From Orbicella franksi (lineage: Eukaryota), in contig OZ116704.1 in NCBI GenBank assembly GCA_964199315.1, positions 11,966,001-12,030,000 of the forward strand: 64,000 nt of DNA, in the 5' to 3' direction. Of the stretch, positions 52,683-64,000 are shown in pieces. How positions within the stretch are numbered: position 1 is the stretch's first letter; each line of letters opens with the position of its first letter. The notes under the pieces were generated by a model that was not told the origin of the DNA, did no database searches, and was given only the letters and a program-made list of their open reading frames with translations. The position numbers and the translations under genes are program-made.

Positions 52683-53408
52683 ATTATCTCTCAGAAAAAG
52701 GGAATCATGAATCAAGGTATCTATAGCGTTCTATCACTGGAAGAAGCTAATTTATTATTAATTCTGTAACAAAACAACTTTGACAAAAACAAAGAGGTAT
52801 TTTGATTTTTTCATCGATAACTTAAACCAATCGATGCAGTTTGTTTTTTTCATTTACGCCTTAAACCGATAATCGTTTTGCAACGAAAGAAACTACTAAG
52901 ATCCCATATAAGCTAATATATCAACCCGTTCCGGATTGTCATGAAAGAAAAACTAGAATTATTCTACTTAGTAGAACATTTTATTGTACAACAATAATGT
53001 ACTCCTGAGAAGCCATAATAACATTCCTAGAAAATGTCTGAATATTATTCAGTAACAGCTTTCTGAGTAACTGTCGCTTCAAACTAACATGCTTTAGAAT
53101 TCATCTGTATGGGAGACAGAATAATTATAACAAAATTTATCAAACACCAGCTGCTGTAGACTTCGTCATTAATTCAGAATTAATGGCTCAGTATATCGTA
53201 ACAACTATAAGAAAAACAAAAAAATATCTATGCAAAATTGTTCCAAACTAGAGATCTGTTTTAGTTCATCTATTATTGATATCAAAACAACCTTAAGATA
53301 AACAGGATTCTTTTTAAGCGATCATTCAGAATGATTGGAGATGCTATCAAAACTATCATGATCACAGCTCACGAACAGCACAGACATTTGCGTGTAGCAA
53401 CCATCCTG

Positions 53409-53415
53409 TATAAAT
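53409..53415 (+). promoter_or_regulatory. Candidate TATA box of the LRRC74-like gene
   Basis: TATAAAT lies 235 nt upstream of the ATG; motif match only, in AT-rich DNA. Confidence 0.2.
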
Positions 53416-53643
53416 ACTCTTTCTTCTAACAATGAGGTCGCGTATTTAGGAGGAAACGACTTTCTTTCTCATAAAATCGGGTTGTAGAATAAGCGAACAA
53501 CAGAAAGCAATCAAAACCAGGAAATTGTAACAATCTTCGTGAGACGAACTTAGTTTCTTTCACATTACCCAGGGGTGCTTCGTTGTGTCAATCTTGTTTC
53601 AGTGTTATCCTTGGTGTGGATTTCCAAGAAGAATTCGGCGACA

Positions 53644-55029
53644 ATGGCAGCCAAGAGAACGGCTAAAACGGCGGTAAATGTTACCAAGGATTCATCGCTT
53701 TATGTCTCAGACGATCAAGATTTTGAAACAGACCTGGAAGACGATCTTGAGGACAGCCCCGACACACCAAACAAGACAACAACAGAACGTTACCTCGATG
53801 CCTGCGACTCCCTGAACACAGTTCCAGTCACCAAATTTGTTCGTCAGTGCACAACTGGTCATGTAGACCTAAAGCATTATGGAATCCGGGACATCGGAGC
53901 CCAGGCCGTCGCCATTGCTTTGGAAAGGGACATAATAGTGACATATCTATGTCTTCATGACAATGGCATTGGGGACGTGGGTTCAGTTGCTTTGTCCAGA
54001 ATGCTGAAAGACAACTGCTTCGTGTCGAATTTGGACCTTTCTGAAAACAAGATTGGAAAGGAAGGTGCTCGAGCTATTGCCGAGATGTTACTAGAGAACG
54101 CCTCCCTGCAGGAAGTGAACTTGAGTGGTTGTGGAATTCATGGTAAAGATATCAAGCAATTCTTGGACGCGTTGTCTTTCAATCCACACTTAAAGAGCTT
54201 GGATTTCAGTTACAATGATCTGGGAGACGAAGGTGCCATTCATTTAGGACGAGCCCTTTCAGCAAACCAAAAGGTGGAATTCCTTGATATTAGCTGGAAC
54301 AACATCCGGGCATCGGGAATCGAAGCGCTCGCTAAGGGACTCGCGGGGAATACGAAATTACTAGAACTTGATCTCTCCTGGAACTGTTTCCTGGACGAGG
54401 GAACGACTCATCTCAGTTCTGCTCTGGCGCAAAACCGTTGCCTGAAAGTGTTGGAGATGCATAGCTGCGGGATTCACACCGCTGGGGCTTTCAAGATCGC
54501 AGACGCCCTCAAGAAAAATCAAAGCCTTGAAGTTCTCAGGATCGGAAAGAATCCTTTCCAAAGCTCAGGAGCTTGCTCACTTCTCCGGAGTGTAAGATGC
54601 AACCAGACGGGGGCCCTTCGTGAGCTGCTGCTCGACGATGTCGTGTTCGACGAGGAATGCGTGAAAGAATTGTCTTCTCTTCTCGAGGAACGGCCCAACT
54701 TTACCTGCTCTTGGGACGTCAGCATTCGAGGCGGACACGCGGCAAAAGGAAAAAAGAGAAAGCCAGACGTTATCGAGATTTTCCTTACTTTTGTCCGGAC
54801 GCGGGGACTTCGTCTGATTGACTTGTTCAGAATGCTGGCCAAGGACGGCAATGCTACGAGTATTTCAAAAACCGAATTCATTGCAGGAATGAAAAAACTC
54901 AATGCTCCGCTCAAAGATCACCAACTGAGAGCGATGTTCGAGGTTTTAGATGTGAATCATGATGATCTGGTGGAGTTCTACGAATTCCTTGGTTCGAGGA
55001 GTCACTATTTGAAAACAGTGCGGAAATAA
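53644..55029 (+). CDS. LRRC74A: Intronless leucine-rich repeat protein (about 10 RI-like 28-aa LRRs) with C-terminal EF-hand pair, LRRC74-like, 461 aa
   Basis: Single ORF. The supplied track starts at GTG 53575, but the first ATG in good context (acaATGG) is at 53644. Repeats such as NCFVSNLDLSENKIGKEGARAIAEMLLE and NPHLKSLDFSYNDLGDEGAIHLGRALSA. An acidic N-terminus is followed by ERYLDACDSLNTVPVTKF, and the C-terminus has LIDLFRML...ISKTEF and DVNHDDLVEFYEF. This architecture fits the LRRC74 family; A versus B orthology is uncertain. Confidence 0.8.
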   Translation: MAAKRTAKTAVNVTKDSSLYVSDDQDFETDLEDDLEDSPDTPNKTTTERYLDACDSLNTVPVTKFVRQCTTGHVDLKHYGIRDIGAQAVAIALERDIIVTYLCLHDNGIGDVGSVALSRMLKDNCFVSNLDLSENKIGKEGARAIAEMLLENASLQEVNLSGCGIHGKDIKQFLDALSFNPHLKSLDFSYNDLGDEGAIHLGRALSANQKVEFLDISWNNIRASGIEALAKGLAGNTKLLELDLSWNCFLDEGTTHLSSALAQNRCLKVLEMHSCGIHTAGAFKIADALKKNQSLEVLRIGKNPFQSSGACSLLRSVRCNQTGALRELLLDDVVFDEECVKELSSLLEERPNFTCSWDVSIRGGHAAKGKKRKPDVIEIFLTFVRTRGLRLIDLFRMLAKDGNATSISKTEFIAGMKKLNAPLKDHQLRAMFEVLDVNHDDLVEFYEFLGSRSHYLKTVRK

Positions 55030-55117
55030 CACTATTCCTTTCTTGCCATAGAGGACTTTACTAATCTTACGAATGCACCAAATGGGAAACAAACCAGAGC
55101 TTGCAAGGGATGGCAAC

Positions 55118-55356
55118 GTCGGCTCACACGAGGGGACTAGTCCTTGCGACTAGTCACTGTAACAAGATAAGTCCCATCGTGTGAACTAGCCATTTTTGCC
55201 ACAAACTGGTCTGAAATTTTGAGACAAGTCCTTGCGACTTGTTCCTCAAAACGCTTCGTGTGAACTGTTCGTGGGACAAGTCCCTGCGACCAGTCCCTTC
55301 GTGTAAACTCTTCAGGGAACTAGTTGCAGAGACTAAACCCTCCTGTGTGCCGACCT
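55118..55356. mobile_element. Harbinger-like MITE just 3' of the LRRC74-like stop codon
   Basis: GTCGGCTCACACGAGGG / CCCTCCTGTGTGCCGAC inverted ends; internal GAC(T/A)AGTCC.TGCGAC subrepeats. Confidence 0.7.
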
Positions 55357-56578
55357 TTAATTTTCTTGGAAGACCGCATCTTGCCCATTAAGCCCGTTTT
55401 TAACGAACATATAGTCCAACAGGATGTTCCTCTAAAAGACATTTTGCTCTGTTGCGGTGAAATGTTCGAAAATTGGTTAACAGTTTGTTCGAAGGAACTT
55501 GCAACTTTGAATTTGCCCGAGTACGTTTCAAAGTTCTGTTTGAGGGTTGCCGAGTTCGGAAAATGTAGAAAACCGGAAGCGAATATCTGTCAAGAGACAA
55601 ATAAGGGTCACCGATCGTCTAAGATCGTTAAATCAACGTACATTTGTGGCAGTGGCCACTATTACTCTTGCTTGGAGTGGCCAGTGAATTGCCTGCGCAA
55701 TAAGGATACGCACATACAGCTTACGCGAACGCAATTATTCAATTATAAACGAGAGAAAGAGTGGAAAAAAGGTTGATGATGTAAGGCTGCTGAATTGTTT
55801 CAAGTCAAAGAATAGCTGTTTTTGCAGTTTTGTCTGCGGCCATATACTCTTTAGTTGAAAAAACATGCCAACGACGCGAAAGGGTCAATTCAAACCAGAA
55901 TTGACCCTTTCGCTTCGTTGCACGTTAAACCACTGATAACTGTAATAACAGTCATCGGTTCCCAGATCACTTCTAATGCTCAACGAAAATGGATGAATAT
56001 ACAAAACAATGAAACTTGCAAAGGTAGTTTTATTTCTGTTAAAGAAAGCAGAGCAGTCACTTTTATTCTTTGGATATTAAGTTAAGCCACAGTTCAGTTA
56101 TGTTAACCTTAACTTCCCTTTCTCTTGAAAGGAAATTGAAAGAACGCAAGAGTTTATCAGGAGCACAAAAGTCTGTCTAAACTGAGTCAAATACCAGGCC
56201 AGATCGAATCGGTTCGTGTCGGCTTTGCTCAACTAATCTTCGTGAGCTTCATCTCCAGGAATGACAGTGCTCGGATGCCTTAAAATGTTACAACCTACTG
56301 TGCAACTCTCAATTCCAAGCGATTAAACTCGCTTGGTATCAACCATTTCACTTCCAGAGTCAAACCATACGTATTAGAGAGGTTTCAACTGTTGAGAGTG
56401 TGACCATTCAAAAGAAAGCTAATGATCAGTTCTTTCACGTGGCACTGTTTATTACGCTGTTAATTAGTCTCCGAATGAAACCGTAGCGTGCGACCATTTA
56501 ACAAACATCTAATGCTGTTATATTCCGTTAGCACTCGTGGAAGTGAAAAGGTCAACAATGGTTCAAGGAGAACATTCG

Positions 56579-59500
56579 TTAATCCTCGTCGACATATTCG
56601 AACGGTTCCGGTGGCTCAGGCTCATCTTCGTCCTCTTCAGCGCCGATGCCCATCGGAGAAGAAGCTGAAACATAAAACAAAGGAAAGCTTAGTTCACAAC
56701 GTTCTTCACTCCGCACAACAGTTAACGACCAGAGGCTCCAGAAAAGTATGGGAATGGAAGGCCGTAGAAGTAGCTAGCTAAGGAGACATTAATATCTTGA
56801 TACATTATCGTTTAAAACTTTCTTTTAAGAGAAAAACCACAATAAGATGAAATGCGATTCTGATGTAAACCCTGAACTACGCAGTGCAAATATAGAAAAC
56901 TGTCAGAAGTTGTTTTGAACTACTGTGTTTTGGGTGAATATGAATGAATGAGAATATGAATTTGGGTGAACATTTTAAAATCGAGATAAAATTGAAATAG
57001 AGTTTGAAATTCCTTTACAGTACTATCAGTTGCTAATCGGCCAAAAATTCCGCTTTGAAATTTACAGTGACGAATGGAACAGCAATTTCAGGAAAAGAGG
57101 AAAACCTTGCGAGGTATACCGAAATTATGGAAAATATCCCAACGGAAATTTCCGTTCCATTTGATTTCGTCTCGGAGTTTCCGTTTTTTGCGGTTGAGTG
57201 CTTCAAATTTTTGAAATTCAACAACTTTCGGATTTGCCGGAAACTTTTCTAGGAAATATGCATACTATCTGCCCTCGTTTCGAAAGTTCCGGAATATTTG
57301 GTCGAATGGGAAGCGCCTAGTGTGACACAACGTAACTAGCTAGAGTAAGCTCGGGATTTCTATACGTGATGGTTGACTCGGGCTGCACCCTCGTCAACTA
57401 TCACGCGATAGAAATCTCGAGCTCATAATCTAATTTCAAAAGAGATATTATTACCAGGAAGAGGCTCAATCAAGTCTTCGGGTTCATCAGATTTGGAGTC
57501 GGTCATCATTACAATACCTCCAATGTTAACCTACAGCACAAAGACATCAAGGCTAAATCACCAAATCAAGAACACATTACAGGCAAAACAGTCTGCGTGC
57601 AAGCTCTGTGGACAGTTGTTAGAGTACGGATGGGGGTGAAGAGAGCGACTGGCTTAACAATCAAAATAACTAACCGGTTTTGCGTTTGCTAACATCTATA
57701 ATAATTATTGAACCTGAAGAAGTTCTCTCAGAACTTCTTTCAATGTTTTAGCCGAGAATACATCTGTAATTTAGTTAAACTGCTTTACTCAGGTCTGACT
57801 CTTCCCTGTAGAAGTTCATTCTAAGTCGCAATTTCTTTGCATGAAAACAATGTCACATAACGACATGAAACGCGGCTTATTAAATAATGTATCTGCTTGG
57901 TAAACATTACCTGTTTTAGAGGCATGTAACGGCTGTCTTCTGGTAAAGAAATAACCTTGAGCTAAGAAGAAAGAAAATCATTGCGTTAACCTCCGTAACA
58001 AGATACAAGGTGCGCAGCTGGAAAGAGAAGGAACAGCGTTGCACTCTCCTTCTTTCCGTGGAGTTGTTTCGTGAGGTCTCCAGATATCCATAGACTTAAT
58101 TGTTTGTACCGTTACACGTGTGCAGGAATGGAGAGTAAAAACAGAGCTTCCCTTCTCATACATTTTCGGCGCTATATTGCACGCAATATGAAAATCACTC
58201 GATCTCCTTTCTTTTTCCTCAAATACTTGTCGCCGGCGTAAATTCCATGTTCTGTTTATGGGTCGGAAATAGGACATCAACATCTTGTTCAGGCACTTCG
58301 CTACCAGGTATTTATTTCCCCGACATTTTTACCACATTAACAGTCGCACAAAGTCAAAAGAACAAACCTGTGCGGGAAGAACCCGAGCTGGATTCTCTAA
58401 CAGTTCAAAGTCAGGTTCCTCTTCTTCCATTTTCTCACTGCTCTCCTTTTCACTCTTTTCAATCGTGGATTCCTCGTCTTTCTTGTCTTTGTCACCTTCT
58501 TTCTCCTACAAAAACAAAATTAACTAATCCTTCACTAAAGATTTAAACATACACCTCTAGAATCGTGGAAAAAAAGCAGCAATACAAAATACGCAGCAAA
58601 CGAATTATCATTTATACGTGAATGACACCGTAATACAAAGTTAACACTTGACTGGTATAACAGAACTCCCAATTCACCACCTTACACCCAGAAGCTTCAT
58701 AACTTAGAAGCAGAGGCTTTGTAAGGGAAGTGCAAAGTTAATGGGTTCGAGTCCCGTTAACCTAAAAGTCTGTTACTAGGCTTTTCTTGCAACTGCTTGA
58801 TAACTTCAAATATCTCTGTCTTTCTTTTTCAATTCCCTCTTCCAATTCCGTCTTCCATGATTTCTATGTATGATTCGTTTCATATTTTCACAACTACAGC
58901 ATAGTGTGTCAGACTACAACCAGAGGTTCACTGACCTTCTTAGATGTTGCTGCTTTATCTTTGTCGCCTTCTTGATCCTNNNNNNNNNNNNNNNNNNNNN
59001 NNNNNNNNNNNNNNNNNNNNNNNNNNNNNNNNNNNNNNNNNNNNNNNNNNNNNNNNNNNNNNNNNNNNNNNNNNNNNNNNNNNNNNNNNNNNNNNNNNNN
59101 NNNNNNNNNNNNNNNNNNNNNNNNNNNNNNNNNNNNNNNNNNNNNNNNNNNNCACTACACCATTTAATCCTCTCTCAGTCTGAAATGCGATTTTAATTAA
59201 ATAAAACTGCAATAAACCCCGATCAGTCGAGCAAGCAATCGATAACCCTTACAAGTTCACTTAAGTCTTGTGATTCTCGCTATCCAATCAAAAAGAACGT
59301 GAACTTCTTGGGAGCACACTGACAGTTCTCACGAGAGGATGGCGCCATTAACATATGTCAAGTCCTTTTAAAAGCAACTCCGCTGAGGACCACAGACTCA
59401 GTCACTTTGAAAAACGGACTTAATCCTCCGTCAAACGCGTTTTCGATGGTGGGAAATTATAATAATATATATTCCACATTTATTAGTAATGAAGAGGAGG

Positions 59501-62500
59501 AATCTCACCACTTCCATCTTCTCTTCGGATGCCTCTGATTTCTTGACCCTAGCTTTGGCTTTAGCTGTTATTGACAAAACTGCCGTGGTCACCTACAACG
59601 AGACAAGAATCATTAACCACTGTACCTTTTTACGCAAAATTTCCTCGCGTCCGCAAGGTAAAAAAAAAAAAAATAATAATAATATACCAGGATACAGCTA
59701 CCATGCAAGTGCTCAAACTGCTAAGAAGACTGGTGAGTTACAATAACTATTTGCTTCTTGCTGGTTTTAATCTAAGTTTATAAACTTAACAGAATTATTC
59801 GATTGTTAACAACCAAAGGAACAAAAACGATCTGTCGAGTTGTCCCCAAGAGTGCATGGTGCACTCCTCCTTATTTGGTACTCTAACGAAACATTCAACG
59901 AGACCTGACTTTTCTAAGCAAACTCAGTGTCTTTCCTAATTGCAAATACGCGTTCTACAGCACCTGGAAAAGAAGTCGGAATGATCGGAGGCTAAGCGAC
60001 ACAAATCGCAACTAACACCCTCTCAAGCCAATATATGAGAGTAGGTGTTCTTGGGGTGAAACATAATGAAAATTGGAAAGTTATGAAAAAAATTAGTGCA
60101 GTGGTGTTGCATCTAAACAGATGTCTGAACCTTCAAAACATCGTGCATTTTCATTTTTCAGGAAAGATAATCGAAAGATTTCTAACCAATGCGCATTTCG
60201 TCAACCTTCAGAGAACTGTACCTTTTCTTTCTCCTCTTTCTTGGGAGGTTTAAGTGGCTCGGGATAAGCGTACATTGAAGGCTTGGCATTTGATCGGAAC
60301 TGCATTTTGGGCATCTGAAATACGAGCAAGAAAATGTAGTAACAGTTAAATACCACAAATTGTTTCTCATTTGTACAGCGACAGTACTGCTCATTTTAAA
60401 CTATACAATCGGAGTACATGTACAGTTCTCGGAACATCCTAATAACATCAAAATAAAGGTTTTTTTCTTTTAACGCACTTGTCAATCACCGCACAATTAT
60501 GACACACTTCATAGTAGAGAAAAAGACCACTTACTCGAACCTTCCTGGCAATTTTTCGAACCTTCCCGATGACTCCAAACAGAAGTTCTTTCCCTTTGAT
60601 TTGTTTCAATAAAAATCTACCCCCGATATTTCGAACTTCTGATTTCTCGAACCAAGTTTTGTTTCCCTTGGATAGTTCGAGAAATCGGGATACCTCAATT
60701 TCTCACAGTAGGCAATACTGTTTGAAAAATACTGCTCACCTTCAGGTCGGAATTAAGTCCAATGATACATGTGGGTGTGAATGCCAGCGATAGGAAGTGA
60801 GACAGCGGAAACCAAAACCACACGTGCGTGAATACAAACAAGCCTACTACTGTGGCCATATGCGTGTGTCCCGCTCGTGACTGCAGCGAGATGGTCACGT
60901 TTCGTCCACCTTAGGAATCAAAAAGAGATTCAGTTGAAATGCAACCACGGTTACAAAGCAAGTAGGACGAAAGGGGGGCAAATGACCAGTGGAATTTGCG
61001 ATTTGGATTGTTCCCAGGCCACTTAAACTAGTGTTCTCAAACAGAAGCGCTTTTAAGGATAATGACCTTCATTCGAATGCAGTTGGAAGCAAAAACAACG
61101 TAGCAGGGAACGAAAAATTTTTTGTTCCTGAAAACTCTGAGCTGACTGAGGACAGAGGATTTTTTCTCTGGGATCTGTAGCTTCCCGTCCTCAGTAGAAT
61201 TCAACACCTTCCAAATATCAAGAAGGGATGGTATTACCCCTTTAAAACAGTATTCGATTACATGTATCTACAGCGTTGAATGCCACATTGTTATCACTGG
61301 ACGCATCGCCTTAGTTTGACAAGTTTCTACGCGTTCATACCCACCAGCATCAAGAATTCCTTGCGCCAAGGTGGCGCCGAACTTGGCTATGATGTCTTCG
61401 TGTTTGTCGCTAATCACCTTCGCGTAAATCTCGCGGAACTTCGCTACCTTTGGACAGGAATGTTCCGTTTGTTGAATTAGAACCAAAGAGCTGGCGATTA
61501 AGGCACCCTGATAAAAGAGAAACACAAAAAGATTAAGAAGAAGTGCTCAAAAAGGAAATGCGAAGTTCATGTCTTCAAGTTCATAGACCCTTTGCATAAA
61601 TGGCGCCTGAATTTGAGTATCAATACTTTATACATCCTAAGCCTTATCCTCATGTTTCAAGACAAAGGATTTTTCACATGAATGTGAGGCTAAGGATGTA
61701 TAAGTATTGTTATTCAAATTTAGGATACCCGTTACAATCAATTCCCGTCCTCACCAACAACATTCTGCTGACTTCCAAATAGCAAACGAAATTGTCGAGA
61801 ACTGTTTCACAAAATCACACCATTGTCGGATTTGTCATCATTTAGTCGTATCTTTATCTTTACAGCAACCTCCCAAATTACGTTAACAAAACACGACAGT
61901 ACCTCATAACGTTTCTATTTATGAGACGTTCTTTCAGAAAAAAAAACAAAACAAAAGAACGCCTGATCGCAGGAAATTTCTTACCTGGCGAACGTAGTTT
62001 ACAGGATCATTAGTCATAGGTTCTAGAAGTGCGATTGCATCCTGCAAATGAACGAAGAACACAGGGTTTTGATTATTTTGGAGACTCGAACTGTAACGAC
62101 TACAACTGGGGTGGTTCTCCCATGGCTCTCAGAAGCAGTCGTAAATTGCATTTTGTAACCTTTTTCGTGCTTCTTTGCCTACGAGTTCTGCCGGGAACGT
62201 GTGTTACATTATTTGGGGACGAGGTGAAGGGTTTGTCGAGGGCTTAAAAAAATGTGCCGTCCGGTCGTCCAGGACAAGAAGATTTTATTTCTGGGCAAGC
62301 AACTTTTCATTCAAACCTGCCCGATGGGCAAGGGCCAGGCAACTAAATTTAAAAAGAGTAAACCAAGACTCATTCAGCGCTAGCAAAATTTGAGAGCTTT
62401 GAATTTTTTTTTCCAAGCCCCGTTGTTACGATGTAATTAGGGACTTTAAGCAAAGACAACGCGGACGGCGACGGGAATGCCACAAGATCAGGGAAAAGCC

Positions 62501-63756
62501 AAAAGGTCCACTGCGCATGACTGGCGGGAAACAAGTTGACGTTCTGCGTTCGGGCCCGACGTGAGTGAAGCTCATTTCGCGTTGTCTGAAAACGTGAGTT
62601 TTTGCTTTCGTTTCCTCTGCTGTGTCAACGCTAAATAACCCGTGTTACTAATTTCGAGGAACTTTAATGCTTGTTTTCTCTTGTCATGTGAGATATTTCA
62701 TTTTAAAGAAACGTCGAGAAATCTGAAGCGAACTCAAGCCAGTCGGTGAACATGTGAGTACCGTGAAATATCTTTTTGAACGCTAATGTAAATAAAGACA
62801 ACTTGCACGAATTTCAATCGAAATTTTTCCTTTCGAGAAGTACTCAAATGTCAAATGGCTCATCATGGTGAAATTCTAACACAATTAAAAGGGTAGACAC
62901 CATTAAAACTTGCGTAGCTGTTTCGATTTTCAGTCGTAAGATCAGTGGTTTACTTAGATCTTTATCAGTCGGCACACTGATTTGTCGCGCCAGTCTGATT
63001 AAACATCTGCTGATAATAAGTTCGTTTACTTCATTGTACAACTCAGCGAGAAGGGGCAAGTTGCGTTTGTGGAAGCGAAATTCGGACCGGCACTCGTCGT
63101 CTTCAAACCATCGAAGTTAAAATCAGGAAAGGAATCATAAGGTTGGTCGAGATCATTCGACCGGTTTAAATCGTACAAGAGTAGAAGTTCGTGATCGTTT
63201 AACACACCTTCATCGTGGATTATCAAGAGCTGATTGCGAACTTCTTTCAATGAAGTGATCCTAGTTCATCTTGATAAACAGAGGACGAATATCGATAATG
63301 TCAATAAGCTTGACAGTGCGGAAACCGCGGTTTCCGACGGTGCTGCTTAATGTTTGTGAATTCTCGACATAACGGCGTTCTCTCCCCAGCCCTCTCACAG
63401 GTTTCGGCGTTCCCGTCGCCGTCCGCGTCCCTGCTGTTTAAAGTCCCTATTATCTACCAAACCAATCCATTGTACTCAGCTAAACATCATATTAACTTTT
63501 GCCGCCACCACCTTACACTGTACTTCAACATTTCTAGCTGGTCGAAAGATACATGTAGTCTGTTATCTTATAATAATAATAATATTTATTACAGAAAGCT
63601 CCCTCACCTACCGGTGATATACAGAGAGGTCATGTTCTCACCTTAAGCCCTGTACCCGAACAGGCAATACCCAGGGCCATGGCAGCACCATATCGCACGT
63701 GAGGGTTATAACTCTCTGACAACAGTGACACAACACTGGGGCACTGTTCTGGAGTT
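56579..63756 (-). CDS. PSMD1: 26S proteasome non-ATPase regulatory subunit 1 (Rpn2), 3' part; 5' exons lie beyond the window
   Basis: Minus-strand exons, all GT-AG and in phase: 63642-63756 ([38 protein letters not shown]), 61985-62041 ([19 protein letters not shown]), 61345-61507 ([15 protein letters not shown]...QGILDA), 60740-60909 ([16 protein letters not shown]...GLNSDLK), 60222-60314, 59509-59592, 58936-~58977 (abuts N gap), 58368-58505 (...[16 protein letters not shown]), 57911-57961, 57455-57530, 56579-56664 ([14 protein letters not shown]). The peptides are near-identical to the recalled human PSMD1 C-terminal third. Confidence 0.97.
57035..57318. mobile_element. MITE in the last PSMD1 intron
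   Basis: The right end TTTGGTCGAATGGGAAGCGCCT and the degenerate left end TCGGCCAAAAATTCCG are inverted; internal CCG(G)AAATT subrepeats. Confidence 0.6.
57349..57422. repeat. 74-bp near-perfect hairpin (29-bp arms)
   Basis: GCTCGGGATTTCTATACGTGATGGTTGAC / GTCAACTATCACGCGATAGAAATCTCGAGC, 32 nt from the PSMD1 donor at 57454. Confidence 0.85.
58715..58810 (+). mobile_element. Degenerate tRNA-derived SINE (second family)
   Basis: ATGGGTTCGAGTCCCGTT B-box followed by GGCTTTTCTTGCAACTGCTT body. Confidence 0.45.
62439..63448 (-). mobile_element. Deleted PIF/Harbinger transposon (1010 bp) with transposase N-terminal remnant, in a PSMD1 intron
   Basis: ~45-bp TIRs AGGGACTTTAAGCAAAGACAACGCGGACGGCGACGGGAATGCC / GGCGTTCCCGTCGCCGTCCGCGTCCCTGCTGTTTAAAGTCCCT; ATT duplicated at 62436-62438 and 63449-63451. 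Minus-strand remnant ~63030-63250: [30 protein letters not shown]...(frameshift)[21 protein letters not shown]. Confidence 0.88.
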
Positions 63757-64000
63757 CTACAACAAAAGAGAAAAATGTTTAAAACCCGCGCATTTCATAT
63801 TCTTCTTACCAAAGAGTTTACATAGGGAACGAACTCTATCGATCAAGAAGCAAAGTTGAACACACAATTGAACACACACCTAAAAAGGAGAAAACCTAAT
63901 GACATCACAGCTGCTCGTCTTACGTCATCGCTGACGTCACTCACCTATGGAACCAAATTCATAAAAAAGTTAGGAAACTTTGCTGAATAAGAGCGAGAGT

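Noticed and set aside
53575-53643. Hydrophobic N-terminal extension (MLRCVNLVSVLSLVWIS) of the LRR ORF, resembling a signal peptide
   Set aside because: It starts at GTG, which is not a normal eukaryotic start; ATG 53644 has good context and LRRC74-type proteins are intracellular.
1-64000. CRISPR arrays, operons, rRNA genes
   Set aside because: Eukaryotic intron-containing DNA; no regularly spaced direct repeats or rRNA signatures were seen.

Overview
AT-rich, repeat-rich animal genomic DNA. Its repeat families and intron style suggest a stony coral or other anthozoan (inferred by eye, no database search). Three protein-coding genes were reconstructed by hand. (1) A 15-exon secreted chordin-like gene on + (31018-49487, 506 aa) with a signal peptide, four cysteine-rich VWC repeats of which the first is truncated, and a CHRDL1/2-type C-terminal domain. 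(2) An intronless LRRC74-like gene on + (53644-55029) with RI-type LRRs and EF-hands. (3) The 3' 11 exons of PSMD1/Rpn2 on - (56579-63756; the gene runs off the right end). The first ~30 kb has no intact gene that I can support. It holds a ~1.7-kb tandem duplication with a Kolobok transposon in one copy, a long-TIR element enclosing a Penelope fragment, two decayed paralogs of an unidentified minus-strand ORF, Crypton-like remnants and MITEs. Two 195-nt assembly gaps lie at ~48.98-49.16 kb and ~58.98-59.15 kb. Most short ORFs in the supplied track are spurious.
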